Notes: generated by a model not told the origin, from the sequence alone. Numbered from the stretch's first letter, positions 54,471 through 63,052 are shown. The stretch is 64,000 nucleotides of DNA from Acidimicrobiales bacterium (GCA_965216815.1 OZ244202.1:785762-849761), one strand, 5' to 3'. A program made the numbers and translations.

Positions 54471-54750
54471 GCCACGCCCCCAGAAGCGCAGGATCGAAGG
54501 CGGCGGTCGCGTCACCCCGAAGGGAACGCGGCCCGAGTCGGTGCAGAAAGACATCGAGCGCGACGCGACCAAGCTCCCGCCCTCGCCGATGTGGGTTCCG
54601 GTGCTGATGTTCACGTTGCTCGGGATTGGCATCGTGATGATCTTCCTCAACTACACCGGCACACTCCCCGGCGCTCCGGACAACCTCTACCTACTGGGTG
54701 GTCTCGGCCTCATCCTCGCCGGCATCATCACCGCGACCCAGTACCGCTGA
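54469..54750 (+). CDS. crgA: Cell division membrane protein CrgA
   Basis: 'MPRPQKRRIEGGGRVTPKG...SPMWVPVLMFTLLGIGIVMIFLNY...LGGLGLILAGIITATQYR'. Two TM helices, as is typical of CrgA. Confidence 0.8.
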   Translation: MPRPQKRRIEGGGRVTPKGTRPESVQKDIERDATKLPPSPMWVPVLMFTLLGIGIVMIFLNYTGTLPGAPDNLYLLGGLGLILAGIITATQYR

Positions 54751-54755
54751 CAGGA

Positions 54756-54868
54756 TTTCTGAACCTTGGGGTGTCATATACCGCACCGGAGGGTTCAGAA
54801 ATCTCGGGCGTCGGGGTTTTCTGAACCTTGGGGTGTCATATACCGCACCGGAGGGTTCAGAAATCTCG
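54756..54868. repeat. Two copies of a 51-bp hairpin-forming unit (period 62 bp)
   Basis: 'TTTCTGAACCTTGGGGTGTCATATACCGCACCGGAGGGTTCAGAAATCTCG' occurs at 54756-54806 and 54818-54868. Each has the 10-bp stem TTTCTGAACC/GGTTCAGAAA. Confidence 0.85.
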
Positions 54869-54894
54869 AAAACGGTCAAATGACACCCGTGTGA

Positions 54895-54927
54895 TTTCCC
54901 ACAGGGCTGTCCACAGCCTGTGGAAAA
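54895..54927. promoter_or_regulatory. Three-box DnaA-box-like module (site C)
   Basis: TTTCCCACA (54895-54903), CTGTCCACA (54907-54915) and TGTGGAAAA (54919-54927). Lies in a convergent intergenic region about 40 kb from dnaA. Confidence 0.5.
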
Positions 54928-54986
54928 CGTTGCTGCGGGCTAGTCCGCCCAGGGACAGCGCGGCGCCTCGATCGGGGAGAGCGCGG

Positions 54987-55241
54987 TTACTCGACCGGGG
55001 AGACGAGGTCCATGTCCTCGAGACAGTGGCGCGGAGGCTCGGGGTCTTCGTCGACCGCTGCGGTCATCCGAACCTCGGTGCCACAGATGCTGCATCGATA
55101 CTGGAGCTTCACCTTGCGGAGCTCGCCGGCGGGCGGGGGTTCGGGGATCGGCTGAGCGAGCGCTCGCAGGAATCCGAAGCCGATCCGCACGAGGACCACA
55201 GCTACTGCGATTGCGATCAAGACGCGCAGAACATCCCACAC
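54987..55241 (-). CDS. Small membrane protein with a CxxC-containing C-terminal segment
   Basis: GTG at 55241, just after the upstream stop. TM 'VLRVLIAIAVAVVLVRIGFGFL', then 'YRCSICGTEVRMTAAVDEDPEPPRHC'. Confidence 0.45.
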   Translation of the reverse strand: MWDVLRVLIAIAVAVVLVRIGFGFLRALAQPIPEPPPAGELRKVKLQYRCSICGTEVRMTAAVDEDPEPPRHCLEDMDLVSPVE

Positions 55242-55251
55242 GAAGACGAGG

Positions 55252-56334
55252 CTACTGGGGTGCCGTAGGCTCGATGCGAAGCGCACGACATGCCCCGCTC
55301 GTCGACGCGGACACGGCCGCTGCCGAAGCTCGGGAACGCAGGCACTCGCGGTGCAGGTCGGCGATCGCAACCAGATCCGAAACGCCCTGCGGTCTCCCCC
55401 TCGCCAGCGCGCCGCCGTCGCGGTTGACGATTTCAGGATCGAGTCCGAGCCGGTCGATTAGGTGCAACTCGATCACGGCGGCCTGCGCATCGATTGCGAC
55501 ATCGGCGACACGATCGGTGAGCCGGGGATCGCACTCGAAGCCCACGCACTGATCGCGCGCGACGATCCGGGTTTGCCCTGGCCCCGGCACAGACGTGAGC
55601 ATCATGGCTATGGCGACGTCGCCGCCGCAGACCCAAGTCGTGGCAGTGATCGATCCATCGGATGCGAAGACGCCCGGCTCCCGCCCAACCGGTTCGTCTC
55701 GGGACGACGCAACGTCGTCGAACAGCGTCGGCTCGGACGACCCTGACGACGCCGGCACATCGACGAGCGATGGACCGCGGCGCTCGTCTTCGGTACGGCG
55801 CTTGCGCATCGCTGCCGCCCAGGCGACCTGCTGGTCGGTGTCGATCGACGCCGCGGCGGCGAGTTGTTCGCATGCGTGCGGTCCGTCGTCGGGGCCGGCG
55901 AGGTCCGCCCAGGGGCGCCCGTAGTCACGCCCGCAAAGCGTCGCACCTGGCGGGACCTTCGACTCGTGGGCGATCCCGAGCACGAGCGCGGCGCTCGCCC
56001 GTCCGGCAGCGATGGCGTCGATCGCTGCGTCGAGCGCAGCGTGGCCGCTCAGTTCACCGTTGTCGATCATCACCGCTGCCGGCCCGACCCAGCCACACCG
56101 GGTGAGTGCCGCGTTGGCAACGTTTCCCGCCAGCGCTCCGACCCGTTCGACACACGCAGCGAACACGGGAGGCGGTGAAGCCGGATCGATCGCCGATCGC
56201 TCCACCATCGCCTCGATGACGATTGCGAGCAGGTCGACAGGGTGGTGCGACGCCAGCGCGCCATGGGCCGGTGCCACAGGGGTACGTGCGGCGTCGGCGA
56301 TGAACACGTCTCCACCGTTGAGCCCAGGATCCAT
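55252..56334 (-). CDS. Thiolase-like protein with substituted catalytic residues
   Basis: 'FIADAARTPVAPAHGAL' (thiolase N-terminus) and 'NRDGGALARGRPQG' (compare NxxGGAIAxGHPxG). No Cys at the nucleophile position ('DNGELSGHAAL' compared with 'NRLCGSGLQA'). Confidence 0.55.
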   Translation of the reverse strand: MDPGLNGGDVFIADAARTPVAPAHGALASHHPVDLLAIVIEAMVERSAIDPASPPPVFAACVERVGALAGNVANAALTRCGWVGPAAVMIDNGELSGHAALDAAIDAIAAGRASAALVLGIAHESKVPPGATLCGRDYGRPWADLAGPDDGPHACEQLAAAASIDTDQQVAWAAAMRKRRTEDERRGPSLVDVPASSGSSEPTLFDDVASSRDEPVGREPGVFASDGSITATTWVCGGDVAIAMMLTSVPGPGQTRIVARDQCVGFECDPRLTDRVADVAIDAQAAVIELHLIDRLGLDPEIVNRDGGALARGRPQGVSDLVAIADLHRECLRSRASAAAVSASTSGACRALRIEPTAPQ

Positions 56335-56407
56335 GCGCGAACTGTATCCATTCACGGTCACCCGGTAGCCTTGCGCACCGAGCACAGGTAGGGAAGCGAG
56401 GAGCGAC

Positions 56408-56926
56408 GTGGAGAACCTGCCCGATGAGATCAACACAGCGCTCTTGGTGCTGCGCGTCGTGCTCGGTGTGACGATCGCGGCACACGGCTACGGCAAGTTC
56501 TTCCAGGGAGCTCGCATCCCTGGAACGGCAGGATGGTTCGACAGCATGGGCATGCGGCCTGGAAAGGTCCACGCTGTACTCGCCGCCGGAACCGAGGTCG
56601 GCACCGGTGTGCTGCTGTCGCTCGGACTGTTGACGAGCTTCGGCGCAGCGGGTCTCGTCGGCCTCATGGTCGTCGCCGGCTGGACAGTGCACCGCCACAA
56701 CGGCTTCTTCATCATCAAGGAGGGCTGGGAGTACGTCTTCTTCCTGGCGGTGGCGGCGATCGTGGTCGCCATGCTCGGCCCGGGCGATTGGTCGGTCGAC
56801 GCTGCGCTCGAGATCGACACCGACCTCGACGGATGGACCGGATTGGCCATCGCCGGCGGTCTCGGCGTCGCATCGGGCGTCGGACTGATGGCGGCGTTCT
56901 ACCGGCCCTCGTCGGTCGAGTCCTGA
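56408..56926 (+). CDS. DoxX-family membrane protein
   Basis: 'LLVLRVVLGVTIAAHGYGKFF' plus four hydrophobic helices. GTG start. Confidence 0.8.
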   Translation: MENLPDEINTALLVLRVVLGVTIAAHGYGKFFQGARIPGTAGWFDSMGMRPGKVHAVLAAGTEVGTGVLLSLGLLTSFGAAGLVGLMVVAGWTVHRHNGFFIIKEGWEYVFFLAVAAIVVAMLGPGDWSVDAALEIDTDLDGWTGLAIAGGLGVASGVGLMAAFYRPSSVES

Positions 56927-56962
56927 CTCTCACGCAACAGCGCTTCATGCCGATGGAACACC

Positions 56963-58408
56963 ATGCGCCCACTCCGGCTTCTCGCGTCCGCATGCACGAT
57001 CACGATCCTCGCGGCGGCCTGTAGCTCATCGGGTTCCGGCGAACCCGGCGCGGTCGGCTTCGCCGATCCCACGACGGTGGTCGAGATCAACATCGTCGCC
57101 ACCGAGTTGATCGACGAACACGGCATCTGGCCCGACACGGTCGATGCCCGACGCATGTCCATTCTCCATCAGGTCCTCTACGAAACGTGGGCGGTGTTCG
57201 ATGGCGAGGCCGCGGGCACGATCCCCGACAGCGGTCACCGACGACTCGCCGCTTCCTTCGGTGCCGAGTCGATCGATGAGGCCACGAACGCGGCTGCCTA
57301 CACGGTCTTCGAAGAGCTGTACGACGACTCGGCCGGAGCGCGCGAGCGAATCGAAGCGTTTGGCACCGAGACGGGCACAACCGATGTCCTGCCAGGCATC
57401 CAGGGTCCGGATCAGCTCGGGGCGCGCATCGCGGACATGATCCTCACCGAACGCAGAGCGGACGGAGCCAACGAGGACTTCTTCTATCGCCCGCCGCAAT
57501 CGGGTGTCGCCGGCACCCCCGGCCCTCAGCCGCAACAGTGGCAGCCGCTCACCGTCCCGACGGGCGTCGCCGTCGACGGCGACGGCAAGCCGGTCGTCGA
57601 TCCCGACGATCCGCTGTCTCGCGAAGGCCAGGTCTTCGAAACGGCGCAGTGGGGAACCGTCACACCCCAGGCGCTCACCTCGGGCGATCAGTACCGACCG
57701 AGCGAACCACCTCCTCGACCACTCAACCGCCAGTCCGGCGACTACATCGACGAGCTGTTGTCGATCGCGCGGGGACCGTCCGAGCTGGACGAAAGCGCCC
57801 GCGCCGAAGTGGCGTTGTGGACCGATTCGTCGCCGGTCGTCACCTGGAACGTCCTGACACGAGATCTCATCGCTGACAACGCTCTGTCCGGTACCGAACA
57901 GACGCAGTTGTTGTTCGTGCTCAACGCTGCGCTGCACGACGCGTACGTTGCAGCCTGGGATGCGAAGGCGGCCTACCGTTCTCCACGACCCATCACCGAG
58001 ATCCAGCGACTTCTCGTCGCCGACGAGGTCGCCGACTGGACTGGTGAGCCGACGACGATCGCTGACTGGGCGCCCTACCAGGATCCTCGGGTTGTGACTC
58101 CGGCGTCGCCGGCCGTCGTGGCAGAACACGCCGTGGCTGCCGCCTCGGCGACGACGGTCCTCGACCAGTATCTCGACGGTTCGGTTGGCTTCACCATCGA
58201 GGTCGCGGCGCGAGAGGCCGACTGGACGGTCGGGCCCGCAGAAGCACTCACCTTGGAGTATCCGTCGGTCGAGGACGCGGTGGCTGCGTCGGTGTCGGCG
58301 TCGCTCGATGCCGGAATAGTCATCGAGGACGAGGCGCGGTTGGGCCGCGAGCTCGGGACGTTCATCGGGGCCGAGGTATACCGTCAGCTCGTCAAGCTCT
58401 GGATCTAG
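56963..58408 (+). CDS. Probable lipoprotein, vanadium-haloperoxidase/PAP2-superfamily-like
   Basis: Signal with lipobox-like 'ILAAAC'. 'WQPLTVP', 'ETAQWGTVTPQAL' and 'LHDAYVAAWDAKAAYRSPRPITEI' resemble that family. The family call is from memory and moderate at best. Confidence 0.45.
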   Translation: MRPLRLLASACTITILAAACSSSGSGEPGAVGFADPTTVVEINIVATELIDEHGIWPDTVDARRMSILHQVLYETWAVFDGEAAGTIPDSGHRRLAASFGAESIDEATNAAAYTVFEELYDDSAGARERIEAFGTETGTTDVLPGIQGPDQLGARIADMILTERRADGANEDFFYRPPQSGVAGTPGPQPQQWQPLTVPTGVAVDGDGKPVVDPDDPLSREGQVFETAQWGTVTPQALTSGDQYRPSEPPPRPLNRQSGDYIDELLSIARGPSELDESARAEVALWTDSSPVVTWNVLTRDLIADNALSGTEQTQLLFVLNAALHDAYVAAWDAKAAYRSPRPITEIQRLLVADEVADWTGEPTTIADWAPYQDPRVVTPASPAVVAEHAVAAASATTVLDQYLDGSVGFTIEVAAREADWTVGPAEALTLEYPSVEDAVAASVSASLDAGIVIEDEARLGRELGTFIGAEVYRQLVKLWI

Positions 58409-58472
58409 CCCCGTTGGGCCGGTCCGAGTCGACGGGCGTGCACGAGAAACGGAGTCGGGGCATTCTTGTGCG

Positions 58473-60020
58473 ATGAGCATCATCCACAAGAGCAACGCGC
58501 CAGACGTCGACATCCCCGACGTCCCGATAACCGATCTCGTCTTCCGCAAGGTCGATGAGCTCGCCGACAGCACGGCGATGGTCGATGGAGCGACCGGAGC
58601 CGAGTGGACCTTCGCTGAACTCTACGACTCGGTGAAACGGCTTGCCGGCGGCTTGTCGGCGCAGGGCTTCGGTCCCGGGTCGACTCTCGCGATCCTCGCG
58701 CCGAACATGCCCGAGTACGCCGTCGTGTTCCACGGAGCGGTGCGTGCCGGTGGAACCGTTACCACCGTCAACCCCACGTACACGCCCGAGGAGATCCAGC
58801 ACCAGCTCGTTGACTCGGGCGCCACCGCGATCTTCACGATCGAGGCTGCCGTGCCGCTGGCTCAGGCAGCAATGGCGGGAACCTCGGTGACCGAGATCAT
58901 CGTCGCCGGCGAGGCCGAGGGGGCGACATCTCTCGAGTCCCTCTACGGCGACCCCATCGAACAGGTGACGGTCGACGTCTCCGACCACGTCGCTGTGTTG
59001 CCGTATTCGTCCGGCACGACCGGTCTGCCCAAGGGTGTCATGCTCACGCACCGCAACCTCGTCGCGAACATCGTTCAGATCGAAGCGTTGATGGCATATC
59101 AGCCAGGAGAGGTAGCGCTCGCAGCGTTGCCGTTCTTCCACATCTACGGCATGCAGGTGCTGATGAACGGGCTCCTCGCGCAGGGCGTCGAGGTCGTTTC
59201 CATGCCGCGGTTCGATCTCCCCGAGGCGCTCGGGCTCGTTCAGAAGCATGGAATCACACAGTTCTTCGCCGTCCCGCCGATGGTGCTTGCGCTGGCCAAA
59301 CACCCGATCATCGACCAGTTCGATCTGTCGTCGTTGAAGATGGTGTTCTCGGGCGCGGCCCCTCTCGGCGCCGATCTGGCGCACGAGGCGGGTAGCCGCA
59401 TCGGCTGTGAGGTGGTGCAGGGATACGGCATGACCGAGCTCTCGCCGGTCACCCACCTCACGCCGACCGGTGAGTTCAAGCCCGGATCGTCGGGCGTCAC
59501 CGTCCCATCGACGGAATGTCGGATCGTCGACGAGGAAGGCGAAGACCAGCCCGTCGAGGGTGAAGGCGAGCTCTGGGTGCGCGGTCCGCAGGTAATGAAG
59601 GGCTATCTGAACAACGCCGAAGCGACCGCCGGCACCATCGACGAAGACGGCTGGCTACACACCGGCGATGTCGCGAAGTTCGATGCCGACGGTCACGTCT
59701 ACATCGTCGATCGAGTCAAGGAGCTCATCAAATACAAGGGTTTCCAAGTACCGCCCGCCGAGCTCGAAGCTCTGTTGTTGACCCATCCTGCAGTCGCGGA
59801 TGTTGCGGTCATAGGTGTCGCCGATGACGAGGCAGGAGAGCTACCCAAGGCGTTCATCGTCTTGAAGCCCGATGCTTCCGCCACCGCCGACGAGCTTCAG
59901 GAGTTCGTGAAGGGCCACGTTGCCACCTACAAGCAGATCCGCATCGTAGAGTTCACCGACGAGATCCCGAAGTCCGCGTCGGGCAAGATCCTTCGCCGCA
60001 TGCTTCGCGATCAGTCGTGA
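58473..60020 (+). CDS. AMP-dependent acyl-CoA/4-coumarate-CoA ligase
   Basis: 'LPYSSGTTGLPKGVMLTHRNL', 'GYGMTE', 'TGDVAKFDADGHVYIVDRVKELIKYKGFQV' and 'PKSASGKILRR'. Confidence 0.85.
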   Translation: MSIIHKSNAPDVDIPDVPITDLVFRKVDELADSTAMVDGATGAEWTFAELYDSVKRLAGGLSAQGFGPGSTLAILAPNMPEYAVVFHGAVRAGGTVTTVNPTYTPEEIQHQLVDSGATAIFTIEAAVPLAQAAMAGTSVTEIIVAGEAEGATSLESLYGDPIEQVTVDVSDHVAVLPYSSGTTGLPKGVMLTHRNLVANIVQIEALMAYQPGEVALAALPFFHIYGMQVLMNGLLAQGVEVVSMPRFDLPEALGLVQKHGITQFFAVPPMVLALAKHPIIDQFDLSSLKMVFSGAAPLGADLAHEAGSRIGCEVVQGYGMTELSPVTHLTPTGEFKPGSSGVTVPSTECRIVDEEGEDQPVEGEGELWVRGPQVMKGYLNNAEATAGTIDEDGWLHTGDVAKFDADGHVYIVDRVKELIKYKGFQVPPAELEALLLTHPAVADVAVIGVADDEAGELPKAFIVLKPDASATADELQEFVKGHVATYKQIRIVEFTDEIPKSASGKILRRMLRDQS

Positions 60021-60053
60021 GTAGGACGCGGGGACAGACCCCGTGTCCTACTC
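60019..60053 (+). terminator. Long stem-loop after the ligase gene (possible terminator; no T tract on the + strand)
   Basis: GAGTAGGACGCGGGG-ACAG-ACCCCGTGTCCTACTC, with one mismatch, followed by AAAA. Confidence 0.4.
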
Positions 60054-60090
60054 AAAAGGGTGTGTTCACCGAAGAAGGAGAGCGTGATAC

Positions 60091-60567
60091 ATGGGATTCC
60101 ATGACCTGGAGATGACATCGATCAAGGGCGAACAGGTTTCGCTCGGCGACTACGAGGGCAAGGTCTGCTTAGTAGTCAACGTCGCTAGTGAATGAGGGCT
60201 GACGCCCCAGTACGCAGGTCTGCGTGCTCTTCATCACGATTTCGCTGACCAGGGCTTCACGGTCCTCGGGTTCCCGTGCAACCAGTTCGGCAAACAGGAG
60301 CCCGGTTCCGACGCCGAGATCCTCGAGTTCGCCAGTTCGAACTACGACGTCGACTTCCCAATGTTCTCCAAGATCGAGGTCAACGGCGACGGCGAAGCCG
60401 AGCTCTACACCATCTTGAAGGCTGCACAGCCCGGCGACGGTGACACTCCCGACATCACCTGGAACTTCGAGAAGTTCCTCGTCGGTCGCGATGGGACCGT
60501 GCTGGCGCGCTACGCCCCACCGACCACACCCGAAGACATCGCCGCGGAACTACCTACATACGTGTAG
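60091..60567 (+). CDS. Glutathione peroxidase homologue with an in-frame TGA (60193-60195) at the catalytic Cys/Sec position; candidate selenoprotein
   Basis: Hand translation: 'MGFHDLEMTSIKGEQVSLGDYEGKVCLVVNVASE[TGA]GLTPQYAGLRALHHDFADQGFTVLGFPCNQFGKQEPGSDAEILEFA...DITWNFEKFLVGRDGTVLARYAPPTTPEDI'. AAGGAG ribosome-binding site lies 11 nt upstream of ATG 60091. The frame is the same before and after the TGA. The ORF track shows only the last 68 aa. Confidence 0.75.
60209..60228 (+). other. SECIS-like hairpin 13 nt downstream of the in-frame TGA
   Basis: AGUACGCA-GGUC-UGCGUGCU: an 8-bp stem including one G-U pair, with a GGUC loop. Confidence 0.55.
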
Positions 60568-60622
60568 ACCAGGCACCGACCCACCACTGCGCCAGCCGTT
60601 CGGAGACCAGCCGGACCATTCC

Positions 60623-61912
60623 TCAGTCGGCTTGCGCAGTCGATTCGCGCACGGCGCCGGCGAAGATGCCCTTGGCCATGAGGCTCGACTCGGTGCGCCG
60701 GCGCGCTGCGTATATCTCGGCTCGCGCTTGGTGCGCGGCCGCGTCGGTCCAATCTGCGTCGACCGCGATCTCGATGAGGTGACACGCGAGACGGAAGTCG
60801 CCCGAATCTGCGACCTCGGTGGCCCTCGCGACCAGTGAGTCGACGCCGCCCGCGAGCTGGGCGAGCTCGGCACCGAGCTCCGAGCGGCGGGCGGGTTTCA
60901 GCGTGTCCGGTCGGAAGTCCCACCATCCGCCGTAGAGACGCCAGATGTTCCGCACGACGAACTCGGGTTCGTCATACACGGGTTGCATCCACGGGCGCTG
61001 CAAGTGGTCGGGCGGGAGACGGACCGAGTGCACGATCTCGTCGAGTGACGCGCCCGCGTTCATCGCCGAAACGGTCTGTTCGACCAGCGACTCGAGCGCA
61101 CCCGCGAGGTCGCCGAGGACCCGGTTGATCCGCTCGCTTCCTTCGATCGGAAGGCCGTGCGCGGGCAGCAGAAGATCGGCGTCGTAGGACTGCATCGTGC
61201 GCAATGCCCGGGCCCACTCGAGCGGGTAGCGCTGTACCTTCTGCGGATTGCCTGCGTTCGGAAACACCCATGTCACGAAGTCGCCGACGCACAAGGCCCG
61301 GTGTGAGGGCACCCAAGCCCAACAATGGTCATCGGTCTCGCCCCGATCGTGATGCAGTACGAATTCGACATCGCCGACGCTGATCGTCAGCTGATCGGCG
61401 AAGGTCGTCGTCGGCCACATCGTCTCGGTGGGCAGAAACCGATCGGACCCGACCATCGAGGGCACGCCCTCTCGCCCCACGTTGCCGAACTGACGGGCGT
61501 TGATCGTGATGTTGTAGTCGTTGGTCTCGTCGTAGCGTCGGAATCGCACCGGGACCTGGTCGTGACCGACGACGGCTGGTCGGCGGTGTCCGCGCGCCTC
61601 AGCATCGGCAGCGACAGCGCCGCTGCCGCCGACGTGGTCGATGTGGCCGTGGGTGTAGACCAGGCTGTCGACGGGATCGGTGCGCCAGCCGCGAAGTGCA
61701 GCCGTCACCGCTTCCCCCGTGTTCGCGTGGCTGGTGTCGAAGCACACAAGACCGTCGCCGGTGCGAAAGGCGATCATGTGAGAGAACGATTCGACGATGG
61801 CAATGTCGTCGGTCAGTTCGGTCAGCTCGTTGGTGATGCGGTTCGTCGATTCGTCGACTGCGCCGTAGTCGATCGCCCGACTGGCGAGCTCGAGAGGGTT
61901 GGTTGTCGTCAC
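60623..61912 (-). CDS. MBL-fold hydrolase with an alkyl-sulfatase-type dimerisation domain
   Basis: 'YTHGHIDHVGG', and the C-terminal 'VRNIWRLYGGWWDFRPDTLKP...GDFRLACHLIE'. GTG at 61912; the ORF-track upstream extension overlaps the divergent gene. Confidence 0.7.
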   Translation of the reverse strand: MTTTNPLELASRAIDYGAVDESTNRITNELTELTDDIAIVESFSHMIAFRTGDGLVCFDTSHANTGEAVTAALRGWRTDPVDSLVYTHGHIDHVGGSGAVAADAEARGHRRPAVVGHDQVPVRFRRYDETNDYNITINARQFGNVGREGVPSMVGSDRFLPTETMWPTTTFADQLTISVGDVEFVLHHDRGETDDHCWAWVPSHRALCVGDFVTWVFPNAGNPQKVQRYPLEWARALRTMQSYDADLLLPAHGLPIEGSERINRVLGDLAGALESLVEQTVSAMNAGASLDEIVHSVRLPPDHLQRPWMQPVYDEPEFVVRNIWRLYGGWWDFRPDTLKPARRSELGAELAQLAGGVDSLVARATEVADSGDFRLACHLIEIAVDADWTDAAAHQARAEIYAARRRTESSLMAKGIFAGAVRESTAQAD

Positions 61913-62030
61913 GATGTCGCGTGGCCGTGGTCGATGGCCGGTTCCATGTGCACTCCTCGTTCGGTGCGGCGAGCATATGCACCGTCGCTGGGGCGGGCCA
62001 GACCCAGCTGCCCACCCGATTGGAGATGAC

Positions 62031-63038
62031 ATGCGAATCGATGGCGGTCTACAGGACGACCTGACCAATGCCCGAGAGCGATCGGCGATGTTCGAGTCGT
62101 GGGGATACGACGGCGTGTTCACCGCTGAGCTCAAACACGACCCTTTCCTGCCCGCGCTGGTCGCTGCGGAGGCGACCGAACGGATCGAGATCGGGACCGG
62201 AATCGCCGTCGCGTTCGCACGCAACCCGATGACGCTCGCGAACCTCGGGTACGACCTACAACGTCACAGCGGCGGCCGCTTCATCCTCGGCCTGGGTTCT
62301 CAGATCGAACCCCACATCACCAAACGCTTCTCGATGCCTTGGTCGTCGCCTTCGTCGCGCATGCGCGAGCTCGTATTGGCGGTTCGGGCGATCTGGGAGT
62401 GTTGGGAGAGTGGCGGGGATCTCGATTTCCGAGGGGAGTTCTACACCCACACGCTCATGACACCGATGTTCGATCCAGGGCCGAACCCGCATGGCAGTCC
62501 GAAGGTCTTTCTCGCCGGCGTTGGACCCAGGATGACCGAGGTCGCGGGTGAGGTCGCCGATGGATTCGTGGCGCACGGGTTTACGACGCCCGACTACTTC
62601 TGGGCGAGGACGCTGCCTGCCCTCGAGCGGGGGTTGTCCAAGTCGGGTCGAACGCTCGACGACTTCGAGATCTCCATGCCGTTGTTCATTGCCGAAGAGG
62701 GGGGCGATGATTCGATCGGGCGCACGCAGCCGGTCCGAAAGCAGCTCGCCTTCTACGGATCGACACCTGCGTACCGTCCGGTGCTCGACCATCACGGCTG
62801 GGGCGACCTTCAGCCGCAGCTCAACGCGCTCTCCAAACAGGGTCGTTGGGACGAGATGGCGGGTTTGATCGACGACGATGTGGTCGAGGCCTTTGCGGTG
62901 CGCGCTCGTCCTGGCCAAATCGCCGATCGGGTGGCCGAGCGCTACGGGGGAGTGCTCGATCGGCTCCAATTCTCGGCGCCCGTCGCCGACGATCCCGAGA
63001 CGTGGAGGCCAGTCGTGGCTGCGCTCAAGGAGATCTGA
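62031..63038 (+). CDS. LLM-class (luciferase-like) F420-dependent oxidoreductase
   Basis: 'ESWGYDGVFTAELKHDPFLPALVAAEATERIEIGTGIAVAFARNPMTLA' and 'FILGLGSQIEPHITKRFSMPW'. Confidence 0.8.
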   Translation: MRIDGGLQDDLTNARERSAMFESWGYDGVFTAELKHDPFLPALVAAEATERIEIGTGIAVAFARNPMTLANLGYDLQRHSGGRFILGLGSQIEPHITKRFSMPWSSPSSRMRELVLAVRAIWECWESGGDLDFRGEFYTHTLMTPMFDPGPNPHGSPKVFLAGVGPRMTEVAGEVADGFVAHGFTTPDYFWARTLPALERGLSKSGRTLDDFEISMPLFIAEEGGDDSIGRTQPVRKQLAFYGSTPAYRPVLDHHGWGDLQPQLNALSKQGRWDEMAGLIDDDVVEAFAVRARPGQIADRVAERYGGVLDRLQFSAPVADDPETWRPVVAALKEI

Positions 63039-63052
63039 CGGTTGCGTCGGTC

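Noticed and set aside
53838-54650. The full 270-aa ORF as the trpG coding region
   Set aside because: The first 60 codons overlap crgA on the opposite strand and have no amidotransferase similarity. The conserved domain begins at 'VRVLVIDNYD'.
57026-59456. Two long minus-strand ORFs (57026-58573 and 58392-59456), antisense to the lipoprotein and CoA-ligase genes
   Set aside because: The plus-strand frames carry clear AMP-binding and lipoprotein features. The minus-strand translations are Arg/Gly/Asp-rich with no motifs.
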